From assembly GCA_025356735.1 (NCBI GenBank), contig JANXRT010000293.1, forward strand, positions 1 through 35,243: DNA of 35,243 nt, written 5' to 3'. Under the pieces are notes generated by a model. The model ran no database searches and was not told the origin of the DNA. It worked only from the letters and a program-made list of their open reading frames with translations. This stretch comes from Acetobacteraceae bacterium (lineage in GTDB: Bacteria > Pseudomonadota > Alphaproteobacteria > Acetobacterales > Acetobacteraceae). Below are positions 25,377 to 33,535 of the stretch, piece by piece; the stretch's first letter is position 1; each line of letters starts with the position of its first letter. A program made the translations under genes and the position numbers.

Positions 25377-26305
25377 TCCCTGGCCCGCGGCGGTAGGACC
25401 CGCCTCGCGGCGACGGAGGCGGGTTGCCGCGACATCCGGACCGCTTCCGCAATTGCGCGGACGGAGGTTCCGAAAAGCCCGTGGCGCGCGCCCTTGAACA
25501 GGTAGGCGGCGATGCGCGGCAGCAGCTTCGGCCACGGCATCGACCATTTTCGGGCGATGTAAAGGCGGTTGCGGACGAAATAGAACCAGCGCCGGTCGGA
25601 CCAGGTCACCCGGCCCTCTGCGCTGGCCCGGTGGCGCACCGCGATATCGCCGCGATAAAGAATGCGCCAGCCGCGGGCGATGGCGCGGAGCGAGAAGTCG
25701 AACTCTTCCCAGCAGAAGAACAGCGCCGGATCGTAGCCGCCGGCATCGTCCCAGGCGCTGCGGCGGATGGCGTGTCCGGCGCCGACGAACGTCGGAACAT
25801 CGAATTGGCCGGCGGCACGTGGCAGCAGGGATTTCGGAAAACCCCAGGATGTCAGGTCGTCGTCTCCGCTTGCGTGCACCAGGATGCGAAAGGCAATCGC
25901 GGCCACATCCGGCTCCGCGTCGATCGCGGCCACCGCGCGCGCGGCCGTGGCGGCGTCGAAAAATTCGGCGTCGTTGTCGAGTGCGACGATCACCCTGCCA
26001 TGGCCGACGGCGCTGGCGAGATTGCGGCCGCCGGCGACTCCGAGGTTGACGCCGGAGGCGAACAGGCCGGCGTCGGCACGACCAAGCATGGCGTCGGCCA
26101 ACCGAGAAAGGTTGGCCGGCGTGGAGCCCTGGTCGATGATCGTCAGGTGCCACCGGCAGCCGGCCTGGCGGAACACCGAGGCGATCGCCTGCTCGGTCTC
26201 CTCGATGCGGTCGAGCGCCAGCAGGATGATGTCGGCGTCGTAGGGCTGCGACGGCGGATGCACGGCGCCGGCGCGGTGAAGCCCCGGCGGGACGGCGCCG
26301 GTCAA
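25241..26305 (-). CDS. Family-2 glycosyltransferase
   Basis: GT-A N-terminal fold: DADIILLALDRIEETEQAIASV...IIDQGS...NLGVAGGRN...VALDNDAEF (DxD). The candidate TTG start at 26305 overlaps the upstream stop (TTGA). The ATG at 26368 would overlap that gene by 67 nt. Confidence 0.75.
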   Translation of the reverse strand: MTGAVPPGLHRAGAVHPPSQPYDADIILLALDRIEETEQAIASVFRQAGCRWHLTIIDQGSTPANLSRLADAMLGRADAGLFASGVNLGVAGGRNLASAVGHGRVIVALDNDAEFFDAATAARAVAAIDAEPDVAAIAFRILVHASGDDDLTSWGFPKSLLPRAAGQFDVPTFVGAGHAIRRSAWDDAGGYDPALFFCWEEFDFSLRAIARGWRILYRGDIAVRHRASAEGRVTWSDRRWFYFVRNRLYIARKWSMPWPKLLPRIAAYLFKGARHGLFGTSVRAIAEAVRMSRQPASVAARRVLPPRARDYLRRNDTAHRGHAGARLRAEVLARLPIENFSASSIGSTAGLSSK

Positions 26306-27723
26306 TACGCGTTGGTCCTGCGTATCACCACGATCGCGGTGCGCAGCAGGACCTTGAGGTCGAGCCACAGCGACCAGCGCTCAATGTATTCGAGGTCGCT
26401 GTCGACGCGCCGTGCCAGCCGGTCCTCGGTGTCGGTCGGGCCGCGCAGACCGCGGACCTGCGCCAGCCCGGTCAGCCCTGGGCGCACCCGGTGGCGGGAG
26501 GCGTAGTCGGCGACGACCTCGTCGAACAGGCGTCCGCCGGCGCGGGTGCCGGGCGCGTGCGGCCGCGGCCCGACGATCGACATGTCGCCGGCCAGGGCGT
26601 TGAAGATCTGCGGCAGCTCGTCGAGCGAGGTGCGGCGCAGGAAGAAGCCGACGCGGGTGATCCGGGGATCGTCGTGAACCGCCTGCCGGCTGCCGTCGGC
26701 ATCGGCGAAGCGGTGCTGCATGGTGCGGAACTTGAGCATCTCAAAGTCGCGGTTGTTGAACCCGGTGCGGCGCTGGCGGAACAAGGCGGGGCCGGGGCTG
26801 TCGAGGCGGACCGTGACCGCGACGATCAGCATCGGGATGGCGAACACGATCAGCGCCAGCACGCCGAGGAAGACATCCTCGGCGCGCTTGACCAGGCTGG
26901 TCCAGCCCGATAGCGGCGGCTCGGTGAGGTCGATCAGCGCCGGCGGGCGGTCGCGGTCTCGGTGGTGAAGGTCGCGACGTTCAAAGTCGGGCGCCAGGCG
27001 GACGCGCACCGGGTACTCGGCCAGCCGCCGGATGAGTTCGAGCACCGGCGAGCGGGCCGACCAGGGCAAGGCGATGATGACCTGGTCCACGGCGCCGTCG
27101 CGGATCAGCTCCAGCAGCCGTGGCAGCCCGCCGAGATAAGGCAGCCCATCCGCGGGTGGCTCCGAGGACTGGTCGTCGATGTAGCCGAGCCATTCCGGCG
27201 CGATGTCGTCGCCGCAGCCGCCCACAAGCAGCAGACCGGCGGCGACGGTGCCCCGGCCGACCAGCACGGTGCGCATCGCGTAGCGTCGGGCGGTGTGGCC
27301 GGCCAGGAGACGGGCGACGCCGCGGCGGGTTGCGGCCACGACGCCCAGCGCGATGACGCCGCCGCCGCCCAGGGCCAGCGGCGAAATGGCCTGGGTCCGG
27401 AACACCAGCAGGATCGCCGACATGGCGGCGAATGCCGCGCAGGTGCCGATGATCCCGGCACGCAGGAATGGCGCGCGGCGCAGGATCAGCTTCGGCGAGT
27501 AGCCCCCCGCGGTGGAGATCATGGTCAGCGCGAGGGAGGTGGTGAGCAGCACGGTTTCGCCCTCCATCGAGGCATCAATGGAGGAGCCGGAAAGCCGGCA
27601 GGCGAGTAGTGTGACGGCGGCAAGCCCGGCCGCCTCGATCATGGCGATGGCGGCGATCATGCCCAGCATCGTTGCCGGCTCGGCGGGGTGGCTGCGAAAA
27701 CTATTTCTGCCGGGCTGGAACAT
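26302..27723 (-). CDS. Polyprenyl-phosphate hexose-1-phosphate transferase (priming phosphoglycosyl transferase, WbaP/ExoY type)
   Basis: N-terminal TM bundle plus a central domain. The C-terminal bacterial sugar-transferase domain contains LFRQRRTGFNNRDFEMLKFRTM, DDPRITRVGFFLRRTSLDELPQIFN, MSIVGPRPH and RPGLTGLAQV. Confidence 0.85.
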   Translation of the reverse strand: MFQPGRNSFRSHPAEPATMLGMIAAIAMIEAAGLAAVTLLACRLSGSSIDASMEGETVLLTTSLALTMISTAGGYSPKLILRRAPFLRAGIIGTCAAFAAMSAILLVFRTQAISPLALGGGGVIALGVVAATRRGVARLLAGHTARRYAMRTVLVGRGTVAAGLLLVGGCGDDIAPEWLGYIDDQSSEPPADGLPYLGGLPRLLELIRDGAVDQVIIALPWSARSPVLELIRRLAEYPVRVRLAPDFERRDLHHRDRDRPPALIDLTEPPLSGWTSLVKRAEDVFLGVLALIVFAIPMLIVAVTVRLDSPGPALFRQRRTGFNNRDFEMLKFRTMQHRFADADGSRQAVHDDPRITRVGFFLRRTSLDELPQIFNALAGDMSIVGPRPHAPGTRAGGRLFDEVVADYASRHRVRPGLTGLAQVRGLRGPTDTEDRLARRVDSDLEYIERWSLWLDLKVLLRTAIVVIRRTNAY

Positions 27724-27948
27724 GACTGCACCCGTTTTGGCTGCAAGGAACGCTCAGGATGAGTGACCGATATTAAGTTGTGATCTTCCTTTAAACACTA
27801 CCTTAACGTGTATTCACTCGCAAAGCATTTTCTCTGAAACGTTTAATTTCCCCCTTCTTCTTAGCTTATTCGACGGTTCGTACATGGCAGGCGGCCGGTG
27901 AATGCTCCGGCCTCCCGGCGAATCGGATGCCGGACAGCATCAAAAAAG
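27724..27948 (-). promoter_or_regulatory. AT-rich upstream region of the EPS priming-transferase operon
   Basis: My hand count for 27771-27870 gives 34 G+C in 100 nt, against visibly much higher GC in the flanks. The region has several TTAA/TAA steps. It lies directly upstream of the start at 27723. Confidence 0.4.
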
Positions 27949-28482
27949 TCAGGGCTTTGGCCAGTCGCGGCGTATGGGGTCGCTGCCGTCCCAGGCGATC
28001 GCGGCTGCGCGGACCTGGTCGAAGATGCTCATGCGCTCGGGTGTCGCCTCGGCCATCTCGATCACCGTGCCGGGATGGCCCTCGTTCCAGAAATAGACGA
28101 ACGGGCCGCGCGGCGACTGGCCTTCCTGGCCGACCGTGTAGCCGGTGGCCAGCGCGCGGCGGTAGATCTCGTCGTAGTCGGTAGGCCACCTCGACCAGTG
28201 CTGGGTGCCCTCGTGCCCCGCCGCCAGGAAGTCGCGGTACATGCTGGGCCGGTCGCAGCGCTGCTGGATCAGCTCGATCTGCACGTCGCCCGAGTTGGCC
28301 AGCGCTGCCGAGACGTGAATGTCGTCGTGCCGCTCGCCGCGGTAGGTGAACGACGACAGCGCCAGTTTGTCGGCGTAGAACCACGGGCCGATGCCGCAGA
28401 CCTCCGACCAGTGGCGCATCGCGGCGTCGATGTCGCGCACCACGACCCCCATCTGGCGGAACGGTCCGAACAGCCGGCTCAT
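27949..28482 (-). CDS. VOC-family (glyoxalase/bleomycin-resistance/dioxygenase fold) protein
   Basis: 177 aa. FRQMGVVVRDIDAAMRHW...IELIQ...GTQHW...IEMAE is the paired beta-alpha-beta-beta-beta VOC pattern. Confidence 0.75.
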   Translation of the reverse strand: MSRLFGPFRQMGVVVRDIDAAMRHWSEVCGIGPWFYADKLALSSFTYRGERHDDIHVSAALANSGDVQIELIQQRCDRPSMYRDFLAAGHEGTQHWSRWPTDYDEIYRRALATGYTVGQEGQSPRGPFVYFWNEGHPGTVIEMAEATPERMSIFDQVRAAAIAWDGSDPIRRDWPKP

Positions 28483-28600
28483 CTTCTTCTCCCAAGCGAT
28501 CAGGGCGCCAGCCTAGCGGGGCCTGCGTCGTCGGGGTAGCCAGTCCTGGGGCACGCCGCTACTGTCCGGTAGCTAATTTTCCGCATCCAAGGACAAGTCG

Positions 28601-29764
28601 ATGAGCGACACCACCTATCTGCGCAGCGGCATCTTCCTCGCCCCGTTCCACGCCATGAACGAGAACCCGACCCTGGCGCTCCAGCGCGACATGGAGCTGC
28701 TGGAGCATCTCGACCGGCTCAACTACTCCGAGGGCTGGGTCGGCGAGCACCATTCCGGCGGCTTCGAGATCATCGGCTCGCCGGAGGTGTTCATCGCCGC
28801 GGCGGCCGAGCGCACGCGCCACATCCGGCTCGGCACCGGCGTGGTTTCCTTGCCCTACCACAACCCGTTCATCCTCGCCGATCGCATGGTGCAGCTCGAC
28901 CACATGACCCGCGGCCGGGTGATGTTCGGGGTGGGACCCGGCGCGCTGGTGCACGATGCGCTGAAGATCGGCGTCAAGGCGGCCGACCAGCGCCGGATGA
29001 TGAACGAGAGCCTGGACGTGATCATCCAGCTGCTGGCCGGCGAGACGGTGACCGAGAAGACCGACTGGTACGACCTCAACGCCGCCCGGCTGCAGCTTGC
29101 CGGCTACACCAGACCGCGCATGGAGATGGCGGTGGCGGCCTCACGCTCGCCGGCCGGGGCGCTGGCGGCGGGGCGGCACGGACTCGGCATGATCTCGATC
29201 GGCGGCACCAGCCCGGACGCGATGGCGCACCATGCCGGCAACTGGAAGCTGTACGAGCAGACCGCGCGCGCCAACGGCCACGTGCCGGACCGCCGCAACT
29301 GGCGCCTGGTGACCCTGATGCACATCGCCGAGACCCGCGAGCAGGCCCGCGAGAACGTCCGCCATGGGCTCGACGCATTTCGAAACTACTTCTCCGATAT
29401 CGCGACCTTCCCGATCATCCCGCCAGACGTGACCGACCCCTACACCTGGCTGATCGAGAGCCAGTCGGCCTGCATCGGCACGCCCAACGACGCCATCGCC
29501 TTCATCGAGAAGCTGCAGGCGGGGTCCGGCGGCTTCGGCGTCATCATGGAGCTGGCGCAGAACTGGGCCGACTGGGAGCCGACCAAGCGGCATTTCGAGC
29601 TCATGGCGCGGTTCGTCCATCCGCATTTCCAGCAGTCGCGCGAGTTGCGCCGCGAAAGTTACGCTTTCGCGCTGGCTCACCACGACGATTTCGTCAGCCA
29701 GTCCGCGGCGGCGGTGCAGGCGGAGATCGATCGCGTGGCGGCGCTGGGCAAGGCGGCCGAGTAG
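28601..29764 (+). CDS. LLM-class flavin-dependent oxidoreductase (luciferase-like monooxygenase)
   Basis: 387 aa. N-terminal GIFLAPFH...LEHLDRLNYSEGWVGEHH is typical of luciferase-like monooxygenases (limonene-monooxygenase-like subgroup). Confidence 0.8.
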   Translation: MSDTTYLRSGIFLAPFHAMNENPTLALQRDMELLEHLDRLNYSEGWVGEHHSGGFEIIGSPEVFIAAAAERTRHIRLGTGVVSLPYHNPFILADRMVQLDHMTRGRVMFGVGPGALVHDALKIGVKAADQRRMMNESLDVIIQLLAGETVTEKTDWYDLNAARLQLAGYTRPRMEMAVAASRSPAGALAAGRHGLGMISIGGTSPDAMAHHAGNWKLYEQTARANGHVPDRRNWRLVTLMHIAETREQARENVRHGLDAFRNYFSDIATFPIIPPDVTDPYTWLIESQSACIGTPNDAIAFIEKLQAGSGGFGVIMELAQNWADWEPTKRHFELMARFVHPHFQQSRELRRESYAFALAHHDDFVSQSAAAVQAEIDRVAALGKAAE

Positions 29765-29828
29765 GATAAAGACTGGCGGCCGGCTAGCGGAGTCGTTACG
29801 CTACGGTTTAGCCAAGGGAGGCAACGAC

Positions 29829-30242
29829 ATGACCGACATGCTGGGCGGCTGCCTGTGCGGCAAGGTGCGCTATACCGTTTCGGCCGATCCGATCTTCACC
29901 GGCGTTTGCCATTGCCGAAACTGCCAGAAGGGCACCGGATCGGCGTTCTCGGCGGTGATGGCGGTGCCCGATGCCGGGCTGTCGATCGATGGCGCGCTGA
30001 CCGCCTATGTCGGGCGCGGCGATAGCGGGCTGGCGGTCACGCGGCGGTTCTGTCCGCTATGCGGCTCACCCGTCACCTCCGAGGCGGCGGCGATGCCGGG
30101 CGTCACAATGGTCGAGATCGGCACCCTGGACGAGCCGTCCGCCGCCACGCCGGCGATGCACATTTACTGTGCCAGCAAGTTGGACTGGATGGCGATCCCC
30201 GAAGGCGTGGGCGCGTTTCCTGGCATGCCGCCGCGCGGGTAG
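29829..30242 (+). CDS. GFA-family (CENP-V/glutathione-dependent formaldehyde-activating) zinc protein
   Basis: Cys ligand pattern GGCLCGKVRY...CHCRNCQKGTGSAFS...FCPLCGS. AGGGAGG SD upstream. Confidence 0.8.
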   Translation: MTDMLGGCLCGKVRYTVSADPIFTGVCHCRNCQKGTGSAFSAVMAVPDAGLSIDGALTAYVGRGDSGLAVTRRFCPLCGSPVTSEAAAMPGVTMVEIGTLDEPSAATPAMHIYCASKLDWMAIPEGVGAFPGMPPRG

Positions 30243-30247
30243 GTGAG

Positions 30248-30682
30248 ATGAAAAGTTTCATCCTGGCGCTCAGCTTGTTGCTCGGCCTGGGCACGTCGGC
30301 ATGGGCTGCGGCTCCATTGTCCGGGCAGGCGCGGTTGCAGGGAACCTGGCAGGCGGTCGCGGCGATGCGGAATGGCAAGCCGGCGCCGGACCTGGTGGGG
30401 CACCGCCTCATTTTCACCAAGGACCGGTTCCGGATAACGGATGGCGACAAGCTGCTGTATGGCGGCACCTATGCCGCCGACGCCGCTACCCGGCCGGCCC
30501 AGATCGAGTTTCACCAGGACGAGGGCGTCAGCCTGCGTGGAGACTGGCGAGGCATCTACCGCTTCGCGGCCAATCGGCTGGAGATCGTCGACAATGCCGA
30601 TGGTGCGAACAAGCCGCGACCCTCGCGGTTCGTCACCACGCCCGGTTCGGGCGACGTGCTGGTGCGTTTCGTGCACCCATGA
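30248..30682 (+). CDS. Small secreted protein (TIGR03067-like domain)
   Basis: In-frame ATG at 30248 in ORF 30059..30682. Signal peptide MKSFILALSLLLGLGTSAWAAA. LQGTWQAV...NGKPAP....F..DRF resembles the TIGR03067 family as I recall it. Confidence 0.6.
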   Translation: MKSFILALSLLLGLGTSAWAAAPLSGQARLQGTWQAVAAMRNGKPAPDLVGHRLIFTKDRFRITDGDKLLYGGTYAADAATRPAQIEFHQDEGVSLRGDWRGIYRFAANRLEIVDNADGANKPRPSRFVTTPGSGDVLVRFVHP

Positions 30683-30792
30683 ACCGCATGAGCATAGATA
30701 GCGATGCGACGATCCCGGCCTGACTTCTTGACAGGCTGCTCACCAGGGAAGGCAGGCGATCGCCACGGCTGGCCGGCTCCGGGAGGACGAGG

Positions 30793-31299
30793 ATGCTGGC
30801 GTCCCGCGTCGTCAAGGTAGCGATGGTCGCCTCCGTCGCGCTGCTGACGTTGCTGGTGACGTTCGACAACCTCACGAACTACGACGCCAACTTTCAGTTC
30901 GTCCGGCACGTGCTCAGCATGGACACCATTTTTCCGGACAATCGGCTGGCCTATCGGGCGATCACCAACCCGACGCTGTGGCACGTTGCCTACGCCGCGA
31001 TCATTCTCGGCGAGGGGCTGACCGGCGCCGCCCTCGCCGTCGCCGCAGTCGGCCTCGCGCGCAACCTGCGCGCCAGCGCCGGGCGGTTCCGGCGCGCCAA
31101 GCAATTCGTGTTCATCGGCGCCGGGATCGGCTTCGTGGTCTGGTTCTTCGGCTTCATGGTGATCGGCGGCGAGTGGTTCGCGATGTGGCAATCGCCGCTT
31201 TGGAACGGTCAGCAGGCCGCGTTCCGCTTCTACGTGACGCTGCTGGCCGTGCTGATTTTTGTCAATCAGGACGATCCCGAACTGAGCCAGCTGTCATAG
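30793..31299 (+). CDS. DUF2165-family small integral membrane protein
   Basis: 168 aa with 4 hydrophobic segments. N-terminal NLTNYDANFQFVRHVLSMDT and internal WF.MWQS..WNG match DUF2165 as I recall it. Confidence 0.65.
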   Translation: MLASRVVKVAMVASVALLTLLVTFDNLTNYDANFQFVRHVLSMDTIFPDNRLAYRAITNPTLWHVAYAAIILGEGLTGAALAVAAVGLARNLRASAGRFRRAKQFVFIGAGIGFVVWFFGFMVIGGEWFAMWQSPLWNGQQAAFRFYVTLLAVLIFVNQDDPELSQLS

Positions 31300-31314
31300 G
31301 CGTTGAAGGATGCG

Positions 31315-31369
31315 CCCCGGGGCGTTACCCCAATGCTTATGGGTGGGCCGGGGTTTGAGGCAGAGCCCC
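31315..31369. repeat. REP-like GC-rich palindromic element (expanded copy) spanning the stop codon and last codons of the ABC exporter gene
   Basis: Read on the minus strand it is GGGGCTCTGCCTCAAACCCCGGCCCACCCATAAGCATTGGGGTAACGCCCCGGGG. The minus-strand copy at 16053-16012 is TTGGGGCTCTGCCCCAATCCCCGCCGGGGGTAGCACCCCCGG. The flanking modules are shared. This copy has about 15 extra nt that contain the TAA stop (31337-31339). Confidence 0.5.
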
Positions 31370-33535
31370 GTGCTGCTGCGGCTCACTGGCAACCCGCCGC
31401 CTGCCCGCGCCCGCCGGCCATAGCGGCACCACCCGATCCGCCATCTCGATGGTCGAGCGGCGATGGGCGACGATGATGCGCGCGATCGGCAGCGAGCGGA
31501 TCGCCTCGTTGATGGTGCGTTCGTTGTCGTCGTCGAGATGGCTGGTGGCCTCGTCCAGCAGCAGTATGCGCGGGCCGCGGAACAGCGCGCGGGCCAGCAC
31601 GACGCGCTGGATCTGGCCGCCCGAAAGCGAACTGCCCATGTCGCCGACCAGCGTCTCGTAACCCATCGGCATGCGCAGGATTTCCTCGTGGATCGCCGCC
31701 AACCGGGCCGCGTGCTCGATCAGCTCGCGGTCGAAGCTCTGGCTGAAGGCGGAAATATTCTCGGCGATCGAGCCGGCGAACAGCCTGTCGTCCTGCAGCA
31801 CGCAGCCGATCTGGCAGCGGTAGTTCTCGAGACCCATGGCGCGCACCGGCACGCCGTCGAGCATGACCGTGCCCTCCGACGGCTGCAGCAGCCCCGCCAG
31901 TATCTTCAGCAGGGTGGTCTTGCCGGCGCCCGACGGCCCGACGATCGCCACGCACTCACCAGGTGCGACGTCGAAGTCGAAATCGGCGAGCACCGGCGCC
32001 TCGTTGTCGCCGTAGCGGTAGCCCACTCCCCGCGCGGCGAGCGTCGCGCGGGCGCGGCGGGGTGCGGCCGCGCCGTGGGGCACCAGCGTCGTGGCGGCGC
32101 CGGTTTCCTCGGGCTCGGCCAGGGCGATGTCGGCGATGCGCTCGCCATGCAGGGTCAACAGCTTGAGGTGTATGATGGTGTCCATCAGGGTGGCGAGCCG
32201 CTGCGAGAACTGGTCCTTGTAGGCGAGGAAGGCGACCAGCATGCCGATCGTCAACGAGCCGCCCATCACCGCGCGGGCGCCGAAATAGATGATCAGGATC
32301 CGATCGAGACCGAACAGGATGGTGTTGGCGGTCTTGTAGAGCAGGTCGAGCTTGCTGACGCGCAACTCGGCGCTGACATGGTCGACCAGGTAGTTGTTCC
32401 AGGCCGCCTGGCGGCGGTCGCCGATGACCAGCGCCTTGATGCTCGGCATTCCCCGAAGCGTCTCGATGAAATGCGAGTTCTCGCGCGCGCCATAGATGAT
32501 CGCCTCCTCGCTGGCGGCGCGATAGACCTTGTAGGCGACGCTGCGCAGGAGGCCGTAGATCGCCATGATGGTAATGGCGAGGCCGGCCAGGAACGGGTTG
32601 TAGAACCACATCACGATGACCAATCCGATCGACATCACGCCATCCACGAGGCCGGACACCGGGCCGGTGGTCAGGGTGCGCTGGATCGTTTCGAGCGAGG
32701 CGAAGCGCGAGGCGAGGTCGCCGACGTGGCGGCGCTCGAAGAAGCCGAGCGGCAGGCGGAGCAGATGGCGGAACAGGCTCATCTTCCATTGCAGCGTCAG
32801 CTGGGCACCGGCGGCCATGATCGACCAGGAACGCACGAAATCGGTCAGGGCGCGGAAGCCGAGCAGCAGGCCGAGGCCCAACGCGATCAGCACCAGCAGG
32901 TTGGCGTCGTCGGAGACGATGACGTCGTCGAGCACGAGCTGAAAGCCGATCGGCGTGACGATGACGATGCTTTCGAGGAAGAAAGACAAGGTCAGGATGC
33001 GCAGGGCCGCGCCGGCGAAGCCCTGGGTGCGGCGCACCATGTCGAAGATGCCAACCCGGGCGCGTTCGGTGCGGCGCTCGAACGTCTGGCTCGGCCAGGC
33101 CTCGAGTGCGATGCCGGTGAAGCGTTCGGACGCCTCGGCAAGCGGGATCTTACGCGCGCCGAGCGCTGGGTCGAGGATGGTGAGGCTGCGGCGGCCGACG
33201 CCGGTCAGCACGACGAAGTGGCTGTGATCCCAGTGCAGGATGCAGGGCAGGCGCAATTCCGCCAGGTTCGAGATGTCCGCCTTGAGGGCGCGGGTGGATA
33301 GCCGCATCTGTGCGGCGACACGGACGATGTCGTGCAGGGTCATGCCCTTGAGCGAGACGTCGTAATGGCTGCGCAGCGCCGGCAGGTCGATGCGATAGCC
33401 GTAACGGCCGCCGATCATCGCGAGGCAGGCCAGGCCGCATTCAGCGGCCTCGGTTTGCAGCACCAGGGGCGTGCCCCGGGCGCGCAGCAACGCGGTGTCG
33501 AGCCGGTGGGTCGCACTTCTGCCCGCGTCGCTCAC
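31337..33535 (-). CDS. Peptidase-C39-domain ABC exporter (CvaB/bacteriocin-processing type)
   Basis: C39 domain has Gln/Cys in LQTEAAECGLACLAMIGG, His in HSHFVVL and Asp in ILDPALG. A 6-TM domain follows. NBD: Walker A GPSGAGKTT, signature LSGGQIQRVVLARA, Walker B ILLLDEATSHLD, H-loop IIVAHR. It is colinear with E. coli CvaB from memory. The GTG at 33535 overlaps the HlyD stop (GTGA). Alternative start ATG 33580. Confidence 0.9.
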   Translation of the reverse strand: MSDAGRSATHRLDTALLRARGTPLVLQTEAAECGLACLAMIGGRYGYRIDLPALRSHYDVSLKGMTLHDIVRVAAQMRLSTRALKADISNLAELRLPCILHWDHSHFVVLTGVGRRSLTILDPALGARKIPLAEASERFTGIALEAWPSQTFERRTERARVGIFDMVRRTQGFAGAALRILTLSFFLESIVIVTPIGFQLVLDDVIVSDDANLLVLIALGLGLLLGFRALTDFVRSWSIMAAGAQLTLQWKMSLFRHLLRLPLGFFERRHVGDLASRFASLETIQRTLTTGPVSGLVDGVMSIGLVIVMWFYNPFLAGLAITIMAIYGLLRSVAYKVYRAASEEAIIYGARENSHFIETLRGMPSIKALVIGDRRQAAWNNYLVDHVSAELRVSKLDLLYKTANTILFGLDRILIIYFGARAVMGGSLTIGMLVAFLAYKDQFSQRLATLMDTIIHLKLLTLHGERIADIALAEPEETGAATTLVPHGAAAPRRARATLAARGVGYRYGDNEAPVLADFDFDVAPGECVAIVGPSGAGKTTLLKILAGLLQPSEGTVMLDGVPVRAMGLENYRCQIGCVLQDDRLFAGSIAENISAFSQSFDRELIEHAARLAAIHEEILRMPMGYETLVGDMGSSLSGGQIQRVVLARALFRGPRILLLDEATSHLDDDNERTINEAIRSLPIARIIVAHRRSTIEMADRVVPLWPAGAGRRRVASEPQQHGALPQTPAHP

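Noticed and set aside
27890-27948. Terminator for the VOC gene (short 5-bp stems and a T6 run right after the stop)
   Set aside because: The T-run precedes the weak stem on the transcribed strand rather than following it. It is not a convincing intrinsic terminator.
31463-33301. 612-aa plus-strand ORF
   Set aside because: It is antisense to the C39-ABC exporter gene, whose frame carries all the Walker, signature and C39 motifs.
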